A stretch of DNA of 64,000 nt from a virus (lineage: Duplodnaviria > Caudoviricetes), in the IMG/VR virus record IMGVR_UViG_3300013307_000671, positions 32,001 through 96,000 of that record. One strand, given 5' to 3'. The notes under the pieces are model-generated. The model saw only the letters and a list, made by a program, of their open reading frames with translations, searched no databases and had not been told where the DNA came from. Positions 10,413 to 20,414 of this stretch are shown here, piece by piece (the first letter of the stretch is position 1; every line of letters starts with the position of its first letter). The position numbers were made by a program, and so were the translations under genes.

Positions 10413-12242
10413 TTAACGCATTCTTGGCCTAGAAGAAACCTCTTGATTTTCATTTAAATCTTGAGACAGTTCCTTTACACGTTCTTTACCGATGGCGCTT
10501 ACCATGTAAAGGTTAAACTCTGTCTTTTCACTGAAAAAACCAGTCCTGAAGCTTGATTTCATAAGCGGAGACTTATCTTTTAACAGCGTGAAGATATCAT
10601 TAGCGCCTAATGAATAAATACTGGCACTTTTCAGGCTTCTGTCATTAGTCGGGAAAACACTATCATCAGATTTTTCAGTCAGCGCCTGATTAGCCGCATC
10701 CTGATCTTTTAAAATAGATTCAACTGTCATAGATTTAAGAACAGCAGGATCATAGCCTTTACCTGTCTGATTATTAAACACATAAACATCCAGCTCAGGG
10801 AACTGCTCAAGGTTGAAATCCACTTCTTTGTTATACTTATGCGTTAAAATATCTGTCCTTCCATTAAGCTTGTAAGGCAAATCTTTTTTGATAGCCACTA
10901 ATACTTCGGTATTACCTAACGCTTTCACTTTTTCAAGCTGCTTATTGAGTCCAGCATTATTTAAAGCCTCAAGATCTGCCACATTGATTAAGTAGGGCTT
11001 GTCAAGGCTCACACCTGGAATCTGAGCGGAGAGTTTTTTATCCTGATTTTCTCTTCTTGAGATTAATATCTCAGGATTTTTCCTGTTGATTAAAACCTGA
11101 CCTTGACTTTGATCAGAAGAAGAAAGGATTTCATCAAATTCTCGAACCAGTAATGACGGCCCTTTCACTGATTTAACTCCACTCACAAAGCTCGTCTCAA
11201 TATTAAGGTATTTTGACTCTACACTATTAGCTTTTACGTCAACCAAAAGAATATTTACAGTATCATCAATATCGTATTTTTTCTTTATCTCATTACTCAG
11301 GCTAGATGCTAGAATATGATAACTATCCCCATCCTGAACAGTATATTTTCTACCTACAACTTTATTCACTAATGGGATAATTTCAGATGGGGAAGCATAG
11401 GCTCTTTCATCATTACTTACATTACCGACATGACTTAGATTACGTGCTAAATCATAATCATTAAAGAAACGGTCTATATTTAAATGACCCATACGAGAAT
11501 GGTTAAAACTAATGTCTTTATTATCCATTGCTTCAATATAATCACGATTCATTGTTTTAAGGCTATTAATGGTCTCAAACTCTCTTTGGCTTTCATCTTT
11601 AATTTTACTGTAGCCTTCATAAAAATAGCGACCCTGAGCACCTACTGCCCAAATATCAAACTCCATTGTGTAATACGGATTAATTTGGGACACCTTTTCT
11701 TCTTCAAATAAACCATATAACTTATTACCTGCATTCTTACGCCCATCATGGTAATGAAAGCTAAATAAGATATGCTCAACACCATATTCTTTCATACGTT
11801 CATATTTGGGAAGATAATGCTCATGTGAAATTCTTCTCATCGCCTCAATAAAATCATTATAAGGAATATGAAAAACATCTCCATCATGGAAAACGTCATA
11901 ATCTGTTTTCACAGCAGAATTTCTTGTTCTAAGCTTTTCACCATTATTAGGCAAGCCTTTAATATGCTCAACATTATTGAATTTGCCAATAAAACTGAGC
12001 ATATCATCAGGGCTGAGAGGCATCTCAGCATTTTCAATCTTGTTTTTATTTTGATCGAGAAACTCGTGACGCGGCTCGATAAAGCCTTTCTCAGTTTCTT
12101 CAAAGATAAGCTTAACGAACGTTGAGCCAGTCTCATCCAGCATTTCTACAGCGCGAGTAACTCCATTCTTCTCAGCCATTTCTCTGATTTCTGCAGTTTC
12201 AACCACAAACACATCATTAGGCCCAATAATCAACTTAGACAT
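10413..12242 (-). CDS. large hypothetical protein, paralog B; C-terminal ..VSSRPRMR tail
   Basis: 609 aa, shares IGPND, PYY, GNV.N.E, G.TD.L, FPE..Y.F.N..G..YDP, SAS...LG, K.EFN with paralog A. Confidence 0.85.
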   Translation of the reverse strand: MSKLIIGPNDVFVVETAEIREMAEKNGVTRAVEMLDETGSTFVKLIFEETEKGFIEPRHEFLDQNKNKIENAEMPLSPDDMLSFIGKFNNVEHIKGLPNNGEKLRTRNSAVKTDYDVFHDGDVFHIPYNDFIEAMRRISHEHYLPKYERMKEYGVEHILFSFHYHDGRKNAGNKLYGLFEEEKVSQINPYYTMEFDIWAVGAQGRYFYEGYSKIKDESQREFETINSLKTMNRDYIEAMDNKDISFNHSRMGHLNIDRFFNDYDLARNLSHVGNVSNDERAYASPSEIIPLVNKVVGRKYTVQDGDSYHILASSLSNEIKKKYDIDDTVNILLVDVKANSVESKYLNIETSFVSGVKSVKGPSLLVREFDEILSSSDQSQGQVLINRKNPEILISRRENQDKKLSAQIPGVSLDKPYLINVADLEALNNAGLNKQLEKVKALGNTEVLVAIKKDLPYKLNGRTDILTHKYNKEVDFNLEQFPELDVYVFNNQTGKGYDPAVLKSMTVESILKDQDAANQALTEKSDDSVFPTNDRSLKSASIYSLGANDIFTLLKDKSPLMKSSFRTGFFSEKTEFNLYMVSAIGKERVKELSQDLNENQEVSSRPRMR

Positions 12243-12414
12243 TCCATCCCCTTAAAAGCATTTAGTATTTTCTTAGTATAGACGATTCTCCAAACATTGT
12301 ATACAAAAAGCTACCTTAAGGTAACTTTTTTGTCATCGCAACTATCTAATAACGTTTTTCTTTTCTCAATATAAACAATCCTTACCAATACAACATTTAT
12401 CTTTAACTGTATAT

Positions 12415-13620
12415 TTAAAGATCTTCTTTATCTATACCTTCAAGTATTATCCTGAAACTAGTTTCATTTAAAATTATTGAGCAATACGCATATCTTCTAT
12501 TATAACCATTTTTTAAATCGCATATTTTCAACTTAACATGCCTATATTCTTTACTTAATATCGAATTACCATTCGAATACAAATTTAAATTATACGATAA
12601 CTCGTCATTAAATATTCTATTAAATAACAGGTAAGCATCAGTATAACCTTTATCGCTGATGCTTATACTCATAGCTTCCTGATTTATTTTGCCATACGTT
12701 ATCTTTTTATCAAAAAAAACAATATCTTTGATTGTATTTTCAAACATCCATAAAGCTATCTTTTTTAAAACAGTATAAAACTCCCGCTCATTTACACTCA
12801 ATGTAAAATTATCCAGATTTATTTTATTAGCTTCCTTGATAACATCTATCAGGATGCTGTTATTAATATTATCGTTATTAGACAATAGCTTATTATGAAC
12901 ACTCCATCCTTTTAAACCAGCGCATTTTGAAATCTCATTCAGAATAGCATTATGCTTTAATGTTGGATTTTTTTCTTTTATTTTAAAACTTAACTCTTTA
13001 ATGCTATCTTTATTAATAAATAAATCATCGTTAAAATCATGTAATGATTTTATTTGCTTATGTAATATGAAAAACTCTGACAAATATTGAGGATGTTTTT
13101 TATTATCCGAATAACATTGCATTATATTAAAATAGATAGAGTAAATATTTTTATTAATGGTTATACTGAAAGAATAACGAATAAGATCGGTAAGGCATTT
13201 ATCTTGCTTTAAGTTATTAATACCTGTCATTCTTTCAGCATGAAATCCCACAGCAGAGAGGCTTATCGCAGCATGATTGTTCTTTACATTTACCGCTCTA
13301 CCTCTGGATATCATTATTAGTTCTTTGGGCTTGCTCTCATAGTCGCAGATTCCGTTCACTTCCATCTTATCCATTTCCATTATCAAAGAAACAAGAGAAA
13401 TGTAATCACACTTAGAGAGGAATTTGTTATATTTTAAGCATAATGAATCATTCTTCTTATGCGATATTTTTTGCATAAGCTCATTAAAATCAGAATAGCC
13501 TTTTATTTGTGAAACAATATTTTTTATATGATAGGAATCGACACCTGTTTTGATGGCAATATTTTCAGCAAAAGTTGAAATATCTTGAGGGATGTTCTTT
13601 AGTGTTTTATTTAATAGCAT
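12415..13620 (-). CDS. AT-rich hypothetical protein with glyoxalase-superfamily-N-terminal-like helical repeats
   Basis: LKHNAILNEISKCAGLKGW and IKNIVSQIKGYSDF motifs; much lower GC than neighbours. Confidence 0.6.
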   Translation of the reverse strand: MLLNKTLKNIPQDISTFAENIAIKTGVDSYHIKNIVSQIKGYSDFNELMQKISHKKNDSLCLKYNKFLSKCDYISLVSLIMEMDKMEVNGICDYESKPKELIMISRGRAVNVKNNHAAISLSAVGFHAERMTGINNLKQDKCLTDLIRYSFSITINKNIYSIYFNIMQCYSDNKKHPQYLSEFFILHKQIKSLHDFNDDLFINKDSIKELSFKIKEKNPTLKHNAILNEISKCAGLKGWSVHNKLLSNNDNINNSILIDVIKEANKINLDNFTLSVNEREFYTVLKKIALWMFENTIKDIVFFDKKITYGKINQEAMSISISDKGYTDAYLLFNRIFNDELSYNLNLYSNGNSILSKEYRHVKLKICDLKNGYNRRYAYCSIILNETSFRIILEGIDKEDL

Positions 13621-13797
13621 AGCTTATCCTTATTATATTTATAATGAGTCCTCTCGTTGTCAAAAATACAATATGAATATTAAGTTTATGAAAGACGCTT
13701 AATCGCTATTAACCATAAATGAGAAGGGAAGGTTGCGAACCTTTCCAAATATAATCGACATATTTTATTTTGTCAAAAATAACTGATGCTGCCATAT

Positions 13798-14100
13798 TTA
13801 CTCACTAGGAAGAGAGCCATGCTCAGCGAAGTGTTCAAGCAGAGGCAACAGCTTCTTCACCATTGATTGAGAGAGCATCATACGTGTATTTGACGCAATT
13901 TCCCCATCGCCTAACAGCTTTTTCAGATCAATATCTTTCCAACCTTCCTCGCCCAAATGCTTAATGCTAACATCATCACAGCCAAGCCAAATCAGCCCAC
14001 CATTATCCATAATGCTGCTTTCTTGAATGCTGCATTTCTCTCCCATCTTATCTTTAAACTCACTCAGTCGAAATCCTCTTTGCGATACTTTGCGTTTCAT
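13798..14100 (-). CDS. phage-type hypothetical protein
   Basis: RGF..EFKD..G..CSIQESS...IWLG...TRM.L motif pattern. Confidence 0.75.
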   Translation of the reverse strand: MKRKVSQRGFRLSEFKDKMGEKCSIQESSIMDNGGLIWLGCDDVSIKHLGEEGWKDIDLKKLLGDGEIASNTRMMLSQSMVKKLLPLLEHFAEHGSLPSE

Positions 14101-14172
14101 ATTTTACCTTTTTTATTATTTAATAAAATCTCTCTTAAAAAAGAAAAGCTCCACCGAAGTGAGGCTCTTATA

Positions 14173-14724
14173 TTACGATGCCAGAGGCATGAATGCGATT
14201 TTTGAAATAACCGCAATCTCATCGTCAGTCAAAACAAATGGCTCTTTATAAGCATCCACATGTTCAACAAGAACGCCTTTAAGACTTTCTACCACATTCG
14301 CCGGAGTCAAACGATTGTTTCGAACATGGTTATTACCTGAAACAATACGCTCATCTGCAACGAAAGTCACTACCGTACAGGTTCCGCGCAGACCCGGCTC
14401 GTTAAACTTCGCAGAAGGCAGATGCTTAATCATATCCAGTTCAGCAAACAGTTTTTCCATAGCCTCATCATTGCCGCCCTGAAGAACAACTTCTGTTTCA
14501 GCTTTGAATGCCCAATTATCAAAAAGCTCATTCGCCTGCTGGCAAAATTCCTTACTGACAAACTTTTTCCACAGATTACTCCCGCCATGATTAGACTGTG
14601 GGATCTGACTGCTACCGCGAATGTAAAAGTTTAATACTGTATAACGCTTAGAAGATTGCATAAATTTGCTCCTGTTTTTTCGATTTAAAAGATTATACAG
14701 CAACTTACTGATAAAAGACAACAA
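14173..14724 (-). CDS. putative type-2 peptidyl-tRNA hydrolase-like protein
   Basis: N.Y....Q..Q..H, W....T.VVLQGG, F.EPGL....T.V pattern; probable start MQSSK (14661). Confidence 0.5.
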   Translation of the reverse strand: MLSFISKLLYNLLNRKNRSKFMQSSKRYTVLNFYIRGSSQIPQSNHGGSNLWKKFVSKEFCQQANELFDNWAFKAETEVVLQGGNDEAMEKLFAELDMIKHLPSAKFNEPGLRGTCTVVTFVADERIVSGNNHVRNNRLTPANVVESLKGVLVEHVDAYKEPFVLTDDEIAVISKIAFMPLAS

Positions 14725-14800
14725 CTATTTTTAGGCATATCTTTATTTTTGACATATCCGTCATCTCAACGTAAAATATCCTAAACAACAAGAGGGAAAA

Positions 14801-15211
14801 ATGAGTATTAACACAGACTATTATCGTATGATTGGCGTTTATATTTCTGGCGAAACATCTGACCTCTTCAAATTCTTATCTAAAAGAGGCATCACCTTTA
14901 CTGAAGAAGAAATGTATGAGATTGAAGACGGCTCTTTACACGAGGTTGTATCAAACAAACTTAGTCTTCATGATGACGTTTCGCTTGTAGATGTCGATGA
15001 CTACGCTGACTTTGTTATTGGTATCATTATCGAAGAGCGTTATATCTCCCGTGACGAGTTTGACGAAGATGGTTCTTTGTCTATATATTCTCAGACGATC
15101 ACATATTTTGATGAAGGTGAATATCTGGAAGAAAAAGCCAACATGGAAAAGTTATTTCCTAACGATCCAATAAATCACATAGAGTTCGTTTGCAATAGCG
15201 ACTTCTTTTAA
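14801..15211 (+). CDS. highly acidic hypothetical protein
   Basis: 136 aa, D/E-rich; GAGGG RBS. Confidence 0.7.
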   Translation: MSINTDYYRMIGVYISGETSDLFKFLSKRGITFTEEEMYEIEDGSLHEVVSNKLSLHDDVSLVDVDDYADFVIGIIIEERYISRDEFDEDGSLSIYSQTITYFDEGEYLEEKANMEKLFPNDPINHIEFVCNSDFF

Positions 15212-15246
15212 ACAAAAAGCATAGCTTTGAGGCTATGCTTTATCTT

Positions 15247-15525
15247 TTATGATCGTATAACACCTGATATCAGTGAAATAACTTTGGTTAACAAATAAAT
15301 CACTAACCAAAAAACCATCATGCCACTTGTTATGAAGAGAAACGCACCTGATACAAAACCAAATACGCCTGAGTGAACATAGTCGTTCAATCCAACGCCA
15401 AGCTTATAAATCAATATTACTATCAGCAAGTCTATAAACAATGCTATCTGAACGTATCTTTTGAAGTATTTTCTCATCGCGCCTCCTTTTGTATTAAACA
15501 TACCAAGAGAAGGCGCATTGATCAA
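15247..15525 (-). CDS. small membrane protein
   Basis: GGAGG before MRKYF; two TM-like segments. Confidence 0.6.
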   Translation of the reverse strand: MINAPSLGMFNTKGGAMRKYFKRYVQIALFIDLLIVILIYKLGVGLNDYVHSGVFGFVSGAFLFITSGMMVFWLVIYLLTKVISLISGVIRS

Positions 15526-15528
15526 GTT

Positions 15529-15738
15529 TTATTTCCCCTGCTCTTCATATTTTAACTTTTTGGCATAACGCTCAGTCTTAATCTTTACACGCACCAGAGC
15601 ATTAAGGTTGGCCTGCGCTTCAATTACTGAGATATCGTAATCAGAAAACTCTTTCTTTACAGAATCCAGTTCTTTTTTGGCCTTGCGGACTTCTTTTTTT
15701 AACCATACCACTACGTCCATTACGCCTTCAGATTTCAT
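15529..15738 (-). CDS. small coiled-coil protein
   Basis: GAGG RBS; box-bearing promoter (15788-15799). Confidence 0.6.
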   Translation of the reverse strand: MKSEGVMDVVVWLKKEVRKAKKELDSVKKEFSDYDISVIEAQANLNALVRVKIKTERYAKKLKYEEQGK

Positions 15739-15800
15739 TGCTATAGCCTCTTTGTTAAAGTAGGCCTATTATATAATAGGCCTACTTTAAATGACAACAT

Positions 15801-16250
15801 TTATTTAATTTCTTCGTAGGAGTCAACCTGAAGATGTTCGCTGTAATCATGCTCCAGATAGCAACTATATGTGATCTCAAACAGCCGCCCATCGGTATCA
15901 CGAAACACCACTTTACGCACTTCTTCAACTTCCATGTCATAGCGTGTGCCTAACTCATAGATTTCATCAGTGAGTCGGGTTTCCAAATCTTCTTCAGAAA
16001 AACCAGCAAAAGCAAAATCTACATTTCTGACATCGCTCTCGATACGCAGTTTTTTAGCCTCAATCATGACGCTATTTACTACATTAGCTATTTCCACGCA
16101 GCTATCCAGATCTTTCGGGAATCCTTCTTTGAAATCTACCGTCCATTCACCGCCAGGCTTGCCTGAAGCTACAACAAATTCTTTTCCAAGAGCAATACCT
16201 TTCACCTGGATTTCTTGACCTTCTTTTTCTACGTTAACATAATAAGACAT
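15801..16250 (-). CDS. acidic hypothetical protein
   Basis: 149 aa, GAGG RBS. Confidence 0.7.
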   Translation of the reverse strand: MSYYVNVEKEGQEIQVKGIALGKEFVVASGKPGGEWTVDFKEGFPKDLDSCVEIANVVNSVMIEAKKLRIESDVRNVDFAFAGFSEEDLETRLTDEIYELGTRYDMEVEEVRKVVFRDTDGRLFEITYSCYLEHDYSEHLQVDSYEEIK

Positions 16251-16267
16251 TTATTTTTCCTCTTTGC

Positions 16268-16978
16268 TTAAATAAAACCTAAGAACATAGGATGTTCCAT
16301 CATTTTCTTATGATCGGCACTCAACTCAGACTCATCCATAATACTTTCCTTAGAAATATTAATGAAGAAGCCCTTCGCTTTAGAAACTGGCAGGTTCTTG
16401 CCATGAGGATTACAAAAATCACGCATGAAGTTGGTTTTATCCATTTCTGCTTCAACCTCAGCTAAACTCAGACGCGCAGCATCTTTCTGATCAAGTGTCT
16501 TTTCTTTTGAATAGATAATATTTTCCAGTGAATCAAGCTCTTTCTCCAGCTCAGCATAACGCTGCTCATAGCTGTTTTTAGAGTTAACCACACCACCACT
16601 TAACACGAAATCTTCTTTCTCGCGCTTATGGCTAAATGAGTTTCTCATACTAAAGCCCCAGCAGTAAGGCTTAACCTTAAATTGCTTCTGGATTTCGACT
16701 TTTTCAAATACAAACAGAATATCACCAAAACCACGAGAAACAGTCAGATCACGACTCATTGACCAGCCATACATCCACTTAGAATCTTCATAGGCAGCAT
16801 CGTTGTCTTTACGACGAATGCCATCAGCCCAAAAACGATGAGACGTGTGTGGCTCAAAATATCCCTGCTTAAGAATATCCAGAACGTGATGACCATTAAC
16901 ACCATGCCATAACACACCCTGACTATTCAGTTTCAGCAACTCAGCAGCAGAAATCTTTTTCATCATCTTTACTCTCAT
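16268..16978 (-). CDS. putative ADP-ribosyltransferase-fold protein (paralog of 28877..29554)
   Basis: LWHG, WSMSRD, EKED motifs in ART order. Confidence 0.5.
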   Translation of the reverse strand: MRVKMMKKISAAELLKLNSQGVLWHGVNGHHVLDILKQGYFEPHTSHRFWADGIRRKDNDAAYEDSKWMYGWSMSRDLTVSRGFGDILFVFEKVEIQKQFKVKPYCWGFSMRNSFSHKREKEDFVLSGGVVNSKNSYEQRYAELEKELDSLENIIYSKEKTLDQKDAARLSLAEVEAEMDKTNFMRDFCNPHGKNLPVSKAKGFFINISKESIMDESELSADHKKMMEHPMFLGFI

Positions 16979-16986
16979 CGTTTAAG

Positions 16987-16997
16987 TGTTGTCATTA
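16987..16997. promoter_or_regulatory. GACAAYA box overlapping -10/+1
   Basis: TGTTGTCATTA abutting minus-strand TATAAT. Confidence 0.7.
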
Positions 16998-17048
16998 TAT
17001 CAAAACGAGGAGTCATACACAACAAAAAAGACGCCTAAGCATCTCTTT

Positions 17049-17345
17049 TTATTCATCAAGAAGAGCAACTCGCTCCTCCACTGTGAGTTTCATCCAAGGC
17101 TCAACGCCTATCAATGCCCAGCCCAAAAAACTAAAATGCTTATTTGCTCTTGATAAAGACGTAGAGTAGGTTTCATCAAGTTTTAAATACCTTTTACTTA
17201 GTCCAAAAAAAGGAGCACGAATAGTTTTATTTGTGCGTGGGAACTCTTGATCTTGAACAAGAAAGTATTTTCTACGAAACTTTAACATAAGCAACTCTCT
17301 TTGAAAAGGAATAACTATCATATCAGACATTCCATTTAAAGACAA
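17049..17345 (-). CDS. hypothetical protein (start uncertain)
   Basis: ORF between two terminators; probable start downstream of the box at 17337. Confidence 0.45.
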   Translation of the reverse strand: MSLNGMSDMIVIPFQRELLMLKFRRKYFLVQDQEFPRTNKTIRAPFFGLSKRYLKLDETYSTSLSRANKHFSFLGWALIGVEPWMKLTVEERVALLDE

Positions 17346-17390
17346 TAAAAAAGACGCCGCAGCGTCTCTTTATGTTTGTTTTTCTTTTGA

Positions 17391-17735
17391 TCAGAACAAA
17401 AACTCAACCGTCAACACGGTTGCAGTCAGGCTCAGTTGATTTGCTGCCTGAAGCTCACGCATCACACGCATAGCTTCTTTATTATCATCAAACATCGCAA
17501 CACTTATATCTTCAGTTGCGCCACTTTTAAAACACGCATAGTGCTCTTTTAGTGTTTTAGAAGCAACGGTACCGCCCTCAGCTACAGCCTCAATAAAAGC
17601 CGGGTTCCACGCATCACGACACAACACACCTTCTTTCGCTTTAATCATCGCCGTCATTTGACTATCCCCATCCACTCGTTTCAACATGTTTATCATATCA
17701 CTTTGAGCTTTCTGGATACAACCAAAATTGCTCAT
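17391..17735 (-). CDS. hypothetical protein
   Basis: 114 aa between terminators. Confidence 0.6.
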   Translation of the reverse strand: MSNFGCIQKAQSDMINMLKRVDGDSQMTAMIKAKEGVLCRDAWNPAFIEAVAEGGTVASKTLKEHYACFKSGATEDISVAMFDDNKEAMRVMRELQAANQLSLTATVLTVEFLF

Positions 17736-17817
17736 TAGTAGATTTTTTCCTAAAGCGACCCGGCAAATATTTTTTCTTATAATGTTAAAGAAGGCGCTTA
17801 GCGCCTTCTTTTTTAAC

Positions 17818-18291
17818 TTATATACGTGGTCTTTTCGGAGCCGGAGCCTCTACATCAAAATCTTCAGCTAACTGCAGATGCCTTTCTCTTGCCAGATCTT
17901 CCGTTACAAAACCTTCCATGCTCTCCACACCATCTTTTTTGATTTTGATGACAAAACCAGCATCTGTTGTTTCTATATTCCCTGAAATCATTCTTTCCAT
18001 GAGATCTATTTCACGCATCTTGTATAAAACAGCTTTATCACCTGAATGAGATTCCACATTTTCAAGCTCATCAAGCACTACAAGGTCCTTTAAAATATTA
18101 TCTTTATGCTCAAATGGCAGATCTTTCCAGACTTTATCCATTCTTACTTCACCGCTTCCATCTTTTACCACATCATTCCATAAATAGAGATAAGTGGATT
18201 TCTCAAGAGTGTCAGAAGTCTCAGCAACACCATCCGCCGTGCGACCAATTAATAGCTCTTCAAATACATTACGCTCTTCTTTCATAATCAA
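17818..18291 (-). CDS. acidic hypothetical protein with C-terminal ..APAPKRPRI tail
   Basis: 157 aa, AAGGA RBS, own promoter and terminator. Confidence 0.75.
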   Translation of the reverse strand: MIMKEERNVFEELLIGRTADGVAETSDTLEKSTYLYLWNDVVKDGSGEVRMDKVWKDLPFEHKDNILKDLVVLDELENVESHSGDKAVLYKMREIDLMERMISGNIETTDAGFVIKIKKDGVESMEGFVTEDLARERHLQLAEDFDVEAPAPKRPRI

Positions 18292-18469
18292 TCCTTTTGT
18301 TAAGTTTATTTAATTATATCAAATGCTTACTTTTGTGCAATAAAAAACCACCCGAAGGTGGTTATTTAAATATTAATCCATTTTTCAACACAGAGCAAGC
18401 TTTTATAAAAAATAAACTTAAATGAATATCTCTCAAAAATTTCAACTTCCATGCTTCGTGATTTGAGTA

Positions 18470-18715
18470 TTAGGCTTGTTCTGCTTTTTTCAGCTCATCA
18501 CGAACCGCATTGAAGCGAGAAACCGTTTTATAGATATACTGGCGAGAAACGTCGTATTTCTTAGCAGTTTCCACTACGTTACGTTGCTTCAGTAAAATGT
18601 CTTCCAGAATGTCATGCGTTCGAACAGCCCAACCCTCAAGCTTTGCGGTTACTTTCGCAAACTCTTCAGTGGTGATATTCGCAATGCTATTTGTGTCTTT
18701 TACAGGTTTTGCCAT
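18470..18715 (-). CDS. KorA/TrfB/ArdK-like HTH transcriptional repressor
   Basis: ITTEEF...T.DI....L......ETAKKYDVSRQYIYKTVSRF matches the KorA N-terminal HTH pattern. Confidence 0.7.
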   Translation of the reverse strand: MAKPVKDTNSIANITTEEFAKVTAKLEGWAVRTHDILEDILLKQRNVVETAKKYDVSRQYIYKTVSRFNAVRDELKKAEQA

Positions 18716-18794
18716 GATATTTACTCCAAGTCTTGTTATTAATGATTTAGTTTAACCAAAGGCCAGCACATGCTGACCTAATAGTGTTCAGTTA

Positions 18795-19313
18795 TCAGAA
18801 TGGGATATCGTCGTCGAAATCCATCGGTGCATTTGCGGTTGACTGCGCCTGTTGAGGCTGACCAGAGAACTGCTGTTGCTGTTGCGGCGCTTGCTGCTGT
18901 TGATCCTGACGATTTTGATTTTGGTTGCGTTGTGGCTGACCGCTTTGCTGATTGCCTGAAGCATTACCCAGCATCTGCATAGTGCCTTTATTGCCAGACA
19001 CGACCACTTCAGTAGTATAACGATCATTACCTTTATCGTCTTTCCACTTCTGAGTGCGCAGAGCACCTTCAATATAAACTTTCGAACCTTTACGCAGGTA
19101 TTCAGCGGCTACTTCAGCGACTTTACCCCACAGCACCACGCGATGCCATTCAGTCAGCTCTTTGTTTTCACCAGTCTGCTTATCACGCCATGTTTCACTT
19201 GTCGCCAGAGACAGTTGGCATACAGCCGTACCATTAGGGATATAACGGATTTCAGGATCTTGACCCAGATTACCAACCAGAATAACCTTATTAATACCGC
19301 TCATACACATCAC
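18795..19313 (-). CDS. ssb: single-stranded DNA-binding protein
   Basis: [24 protein letters not shown]-rich linker, DFDDDIPF terminus. Confidence 0.98.
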   Translation of the reverse strand: MMCMSGINKVILVGNLGQDPEIRYIPNGTAVCQLSLATSETWRDKQTGENKELTEWHRVVLWGKVAEVAAEYLRKGSKVYIEGALRTQKWKDDKGNDRYTTEVVVSGNKGTMQMLGNASGNQQSGQPQRNQNQNRQDQQQQAPQQQQQFSGQPQQAQSTANAPMDFDDDIPF

Positions 19314-19442
19314 CTCAAAGTTTAAGTTTACGTTTCAGGTCTCTATCAACCTATGAAGCTATTCTACGCGCTCATCAGGTTAAAGTCAACAAAATATTTA
19401 CTCTAACCATGATTTTTTACAGCAAAGAAGCTAGGCTTCTTA

Positions 19443-19652
19443 TTAAAAACTTACTTTTTTCCATTCACAGGCATTGCAATAATCAAAAACCCAAAACTCA
19501 CCTTTAAGATTGACCACTGCGCCTTCATTTATAGCAAATACTTGTCCTGAGATTGTTTTGCCTTCTTCACGTAAAGTTACTGAACCTAACGTGGACTCAA
19601 TCAGGGATTGCTCAATTTTCACATCAGGTGTAGCCAGGATAATCAGGGACAT
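19443..19652 (-). CDS. hypothetical protein
   Basis: 69 aa, GAGG RBS. Confidence 0.55.
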   Translation of the reverse strand: MSLIILATPDVKIEQSLIESTLGSVTLREEGKTISGQVFAINEGAVVNLKGEFWVFDYCNACEWKKVSF

Positions 19653-19765
19653 TTTTAGCCTCGTTTGGTTTGTTAAAACTTATTATGACATCATACCAAA
19701 AACATCAATCCAAATCATTAAAAATATGATGAGAAAAACAAAAAAGCCGCCCGGAGGCGACTTAA

Positions 19766-20335
19766 TTAGGTGCGTTTTTTAGCTGAAGGCACAGAAAAAC
19801 TGACATACGCAAGCTCTTCTGGTGTAAGCTTGCCTTTAATAACTTCCATCATTTTCAGCAAATCTTTTTGTTCCTGTTCTCGCTTTAGCGCTTCTTCCTG
19901 ACTTTTGCGCAGCTTTTCATCTTCCTCTCTTTTCAGAGAAGCGTGAATATCTTCGAGATCCTTTTTGATTTTCTCTTCCGCATCGCACCATAACACTTCA
20001 ACCGGAAGTCCTTCTCTGAAATACATTTCGAGAAGAGGCGGCTCTGGCAAATACTCATCCTCACTATAGGTAGCACCCACCACCTTAATGACCTTCTTGT
20101 ATTCTTCATAATCAAAATGACCATTACTCTCGCTTTCGCTATCACCATTACCATAGTCAAACCAAGAAATCTCAGCATCTGACATCTGCGCAGCTAAGGA
20201 TAAAAAATAAAACAGTCGATTATCTATTTCCTCTTTAAAATAATTAAACTCATGCAGCGTCATCTCACCTGAAAACAGACGCTTTAGTCTACTCTTATCC
20301 AGCGGCTCGACTACTTCAATGATTTTTTTTGTCAT
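19766..20335 (-). CDS. hypothetical protein with C-terminal coiled coil
   Basis: 189 aa, GAGGA RBS. Confidence 0.75.
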   Translation of the reverse strand: MTKKIIEVVEPLDKSRLKRLFSGEMTLHEFNYFKEEIDNRLFYFLSLAAQMSDAEISWFDYGNGDSESESNGHFDYEEYKKVIKVVGATYSEDEYLPEPPLLEMYFREGLPVEVLWCDAEEKIKKDLEDIHASLKREEDEKLRKSQEEALKREQEQKDLLKMMEVIKGKLTPEELAYVSFSVPSAKKRT

Positions 20336-20414
20336 ATTATCCTCTGTATTCGTTAATATTTTTCTTTTTTATATGCAAAAGAGCCTTGCTGAGCAAGACT
20401 CTTTTATTGTTTAG

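Noticed and set aside
18716-19440. Frpo-type single-stranded promoter near ssb
   Set aside because: No long stem-loop found by eye; a normal TTGACT-17-TAGAAT promoter is present
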